18,897 nucleotides of DNA from Eledone cirrhosa (lineage: Eukaryota), in contig CAXHJY010000479.1 in the NCBI GenBank assembly GCA_964016885.1, positions 1 through 18,897 on the forward strand, read 5' to 3'. Within the stretch, counting starts at the first letter, position 1; the number at the start of each line of letters is the position of its first letter. Positions 10,148 through 18,897 of this stretch are shown one piece after another. A model generated the notes under the pieces. That model was given only the letters and a program-made list of their open reading frames with translations, had not been told where the DNA came from and searched no databases. Made by a program: the position numbers and the translations under genes.

Positions 10148-10355
10148 GACACTTGCTACTTATGCTGTGGACACTTGCTACTCATGCTGTGGACACTTGC
10201 TACTCATGCTGTGGACACTTGCTACTCATGCTGTGGACACTTGCTACTCATGCTGTGGACACTTGCTACTCATGCTGTGGACACTTGCTACTCATGCTGT
10301 GGACACTTGCTACTTATTCCTGTGGACACTTGCTACTTATCCTGTCGACACTTGT
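10148..10355. repeat. 22-bp minisatellite, 9 copies plus a partial
   Basis: GACACTTGCTACTCATGCTGTG starts at 10148, 10170 and so on to 10302, then 10325, with a partial at 10347. Confidence 0.97.
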
Positions 10356-10435
10356 ATATATACGTATGTATGTGTATATGTATATATGTGTGTATATATA
10401 TATATGAATGTGTGTATGTATGTATATGTATATGG

Positions 10436-10484
<49 letters not shown>

Positions 10485-10502
10485 CACATATACATACATA
10501 CA
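10356..10502. repeat. Compound TA/TG/CA microsatellite
   Basis: Direct observation. Confidence 0.95.
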
Positions 10503-10503
10503 T

Positions 10504-10825
10504 TTAACTCACTCAATATGCAAATTAGGCTGCTCAGCCGTTAATTTTCATAAGGAAAGTATATACTTTCGAACGTTCAACTATCTGGCAGATGGGTAAA
10601 CGGTGCTGATGATAGCTAACAAGCTTGAAACTAGTACATCGTTCCTGTGTCAGTGTTGAACAAAAAGGTGACGTGGTTGCCTTAACACCGTATGGCATAA
10701 ATTCAGGCTGTCCGATTTGTTGACAAACAAACGAACAAAGCAGGCGTTATAATAAACGTCGGCTAAACTGATGCGTGCATATATGTATGTGTACCTGTAT
10801 GCATGTGTATATATATATGTATATA

Positions 10826-10875
<50 letters not shown>

Positions 10876-10990
10876 TGCTACTGTACGTCTGTATACATAT
10901 ATGTATGTACGTATACATACATACTTACATTTAAGTAAGTGCCATACTAAGAGTGAGAAATGAAATTTCGTTTTCATTTTTTTTTTCAAC
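10504..10990 (+). mobile_element. Diverged monomer (copy A) of the hammerhead-containing repeat (retrozyme-like)
   Basis: Collinear with the 434-bp unit at 16467-16900, from TTAACTCACTC to GAAATGAAAT..CGTTT, with an internal (TA)n tract and many substitutions. Confidence 0.85.
10575..10661 (+). ncRNA. Type I hammerhead ribozyme (copy A), predicted cleavage after A10636
   Basis: CGGTG-CTGATGA(10606-10612)-T-AGCT-aaca-AGCT-T-GAAA(10627-10630)-CTAG-TA^CATCG. Helix I is CGGTG/CATCG, extended by CTGGCA/TGTCAG and GTTCAAC/GTTGAAC. Confidence 0.88.
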
Positions 10991-11101
10991 TTATATTTAT
11001 ATATATATATATAGGAAAATGTTTAACCCACTCTACTACACTTAGTATTGAGTATTCTGGTGCGTTATGGTCCATCTGGTTATTTACCACACTTCCTTCG
11101 T

Positions 11102-16143
<5,042 letters not shown>

Positions 16144-16236
16144 TACTAGTTTCAAGCTTGTTAGCTATCGTCAGCAACGTATACCTTCCTGCCAGATTGT
16201 TGAACGTATATACTTACCTTATGCATATTAACGGCT
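16144..16236 (-). mobile_element. Inverted 93-bp fragment of the retrozyme-like unit, ending at the hammerhead cleavage site
   Basis: Exact reverse complement of 16499-16591. It contains the core (TCGTCAG at 16168-16174) but lacks the 3' strand of helix I. Confidence 0.92.
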
Positions 16237-16529
16237 ACTCAGCCGTTAATATGCATAAGGTAAGTGCTAGACACTACGGCTTAATACGGGATGTTTGTTT
16301 ACAAACACACCGAGCATTATAATAAATGTTCGGTGAATCCATACGTACATATATATATGTGTGCATGTCGTGTACATACTTATATTTAAGTAACAGCCGT
16401 ACTAAGAGTGGGAAATGAAATATCGTTTCATTTTTTCTGTTTATCGTTTTCGGTGCACCCGGCCGATTAACCCACTCGATATGCAAATTGGGCTACTCAG
16501 CCGTTAATATGCATAAGGTAAGTATATAC

Positions 16530-16616
16530 GTTCAACAATCTGGCAGGAAGGTATACGTTGCTGACGATAGCTAACAAGCTTGAAACTAGTACAGCGTTCC
16601 TTTGTCAGTGTTGAAC
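16530..16616 (+). ncRNA. Type I hammerhead ribozyme, predicted cleavage after A16591
   Basis: CGTTG-CTGACGA(16561-16567)-T-AGCT-aaca-AGCT-T-GAAA(16582-16585)-CTAG-TA^CAGCG. Helix I is extended by AAGG/CCTT, CTGGCA/TGTCAG and GTTCAACA/TGTTGAAC. Confidence 0.9.
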
Positions 16617-16963
16617 AAACGAGCAACGGTGGTTGCTAGACACTACGGCTTAATACGGGATGTTTGTTTACAAACACACCGAGCATTATAATAAATGTTC
16701 GGTGAATCCATACGTACATATATATATGTGTGCATGTATGTATATATATATATATATATATATATACATACTACTGTACGTCGGTATACATATATGTATG
16801 TACGTGTACATACTTATATTTAAGTAACAGCCGTACTAAGAGTGGGAAATGAAATATCGTTTCATTTTTTCCGTTTATCGTTTTCGGTGCACCCGGCCGA
16901 TTAACCCACTCGATATGCAAATTGGGCTACTCAGCCGTTAATATGCATAAGGTAAGTATATAC

Positions 16964-17050
16964 GTTCAACAATCTGGCAGGAAGGTATACGTTGCTGACG
17001 ATAGCTAACAAGCTTGAAACTAGTACAGCGTTCCTTTGTCAGTGTTGAAC
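16964..17050 (+). ncRNA. Type I hammerhead ribozyme, predicted cleavage after A17025
   Basis: Identical to 16530-16616, 434 bp downstream (core at 16995-17001). Confidence 0.9.
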
Positions 17051-17244
17051 AAACGAGCAACGGTGGTTGCTAGACACTACGGCTTAATACGGGATGTTTG
17101 TTTACAAACACACCGAGCATTATAATAAATGTTCGGTGAATCCATACGTACATATATATATGTGTGCATGTATGTATATATATATATATATATATACATA
17201 CTACTGTACGTCGGTATACATATATGTATGTACGTGTACATACT

Positions 17245-17455
17245 TATATATATATATATATATATATAGCATATATATATATATATATAGCATATATATA
17301 TATATAGCATATATATATATATAGCATATATATATATATATAGCATATATATATATAGCATATATATATATATAGCATATATATATATATAGCATATATA
17401 TATATATAGCATATATATATATATAGCATATATATATATATAGCATATATATATA

Positions 17456-17491
<36 letters not shown>

Positions 17492-17509
17492 CATATATAT
17501 ATATATATA

Positions 17510-17540
<31 letters not shown>

Positions 17541-18378
17541 GCATATATATATATATAGCATATATATAGCATATATATATATATATAGCATATATATAGC
17601 ATATATATATATATATAGCATATATATATATATATAGCATATATATATATATAGCATATATATATATATATATATATATAGCATATATATATATATAGCA
17701 TATATATATATATATATAGCATATATATATATATATATATAGCATATATATATATATATAGCATATATATATATATAGCATATATATATATATATATATA
17801 TAGCATATATATATATATATATATAGCATATATATATATATATATAGCATATATATATATATATAGCATATATATATATATATATATATATATAGCATAT
17901 ATATATATATATATATATAGCATATATATATATATAGCATATATATATATATATATAGCATATATATATATATATATATATAGCATATATATATATATAG
18001 CATATATATATATATATATAGCATATATATATATATATAGCATATATATATATATATAGCATATATATATATATATAGCATATATATATATATATATATA
18101 GCATATATATATATATATAGCATATATATATATATATATATAGCATATATATATATATATAGCATATATATATATATATATAGCATATATATATATATAT
18201 ATATATAGCATATATATATATATATATATAGCATATATATATATATATATATATAGCATATATATATATATATAGCATATATATATATATATATATATAG
18301 CATATATATATATATATATATATAGCATATATATATATATATATATAGCATATATATATATATATATATATATATAGA

Positions 18379-18420
<42 letters not shown>

Positions 18421-18681
18421 CATATATATATATATATATATATAGCATATATATATATATATATATAGCATATATATATATATATATATAGCATATATAT
18501 ATATAGCATATATATATATATATATATAGCATATATATATATATATAGCATATATATATATATATATAGCATATATATATATATATATAGCATATATATA
18601 TATATATATAGCATATATATATATATATATATATATAGTATATATATATATATATATAGCATATATATATATATATATATA

Positions 18682-18712
<31 letters not shown>

Positions 18713-18897
18713 GCATATATATATATATATATATATAGCATATATATATATATATATAGCATATATATATATATATATATAGCATATATATATATATATA
18801 TATATAGCATATATATATATATATAGCATATATATATATATATAGCATATATAGCATATATATATATATATAGCATATATATATATATATAGCATAT
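17245..18897. repeat. Second GCA(TA)n array, same polarity, running off the window end
   Basis: TAGCAT-punctuated (TA)n. It begins where the last 434-bp unit breaks off at TACTTATAT. Confidence 0.97.

Larger units (their letters stand above)
16237..17249 (+). mobile_element. Tandem array of a 434-bp hammerhead-containing unit (non-LTR retrozyme-like): one deleted copy, one full copy, one 3'-truncated copy
   Basis: GGCTACTCAG at 16491 and 16925, and GCTAGACAC at 16635 and 17069, give a period of 434. The copies are nearly identical except for (TA)13 versus (TA)11. Confidence 0.9.

Noticed and set aside
10146-10599. Repetitive Cys/His-rich ORFs (TLATHAVDTCYSCCGHLLL)
   Set aside because: They are translations of the 22-bp minisatellite and adjacent microsatellite.
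16274-16486. 70-aa minus-strand ORF within the 434-bp family
   Set aside because: It lies in the deleted copy, antisense to the ribozyme strand, and its frame depends on TA tract length. There is no recognisable domain.
16467-16900. Helitron or piggyBac origin of the 434-bp unit (CTAG|T; TTAA|CCC...GAGTGGG)
   Set aside because: The CTAG is hammerhead helix III. The 7-bp inverted match lacks a right TTAA. The ribozyme model explains the conservation and junctions better.
17245-18897. Canonical telomere
   Set aside because: No TTAGGG-type repeats, and the same array also occurs internally at 11105-16143.

Overview
AT-rich, repeat-dense, non-coding animal genomic DNA with no intact protein-coding gene. 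The SINE and RTE families resemble those of octopod cephalopods (inference, no search run). Positions 1-10.4 kb are a patchwork of decayed retroelements (RTE-clade and Ingi/Vingi-like LINE fragments, five tRNA-derived SINE copies), small MITEs, microsatellites and three minisatellites. Each minisatellite sits at the 5' junction of a retroposed element. The main finding is in 10.5-18.9 kb: a ~434-bp tandemly repeated non-coding element carrying a type I hammerhead ribozyme (CTGANGA...GAAA...GTA, palindromic minimal helix III). This makes it a non-LTR retrozyme-like element predicted to yield a 434-nt monomer or circular RNA. A diverged copy at 10.5-11.0 kb shows compensatory base changes in several helices. 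An inverted fragment ends at the predicted self-cleavage site, where it joins a 5-kb polarised GCA(TA)n array. A second such array starts at the other end of the cluster and runs off the window. All long Tyr/Ile-rich ORFs are artefacts of the TA repeats.
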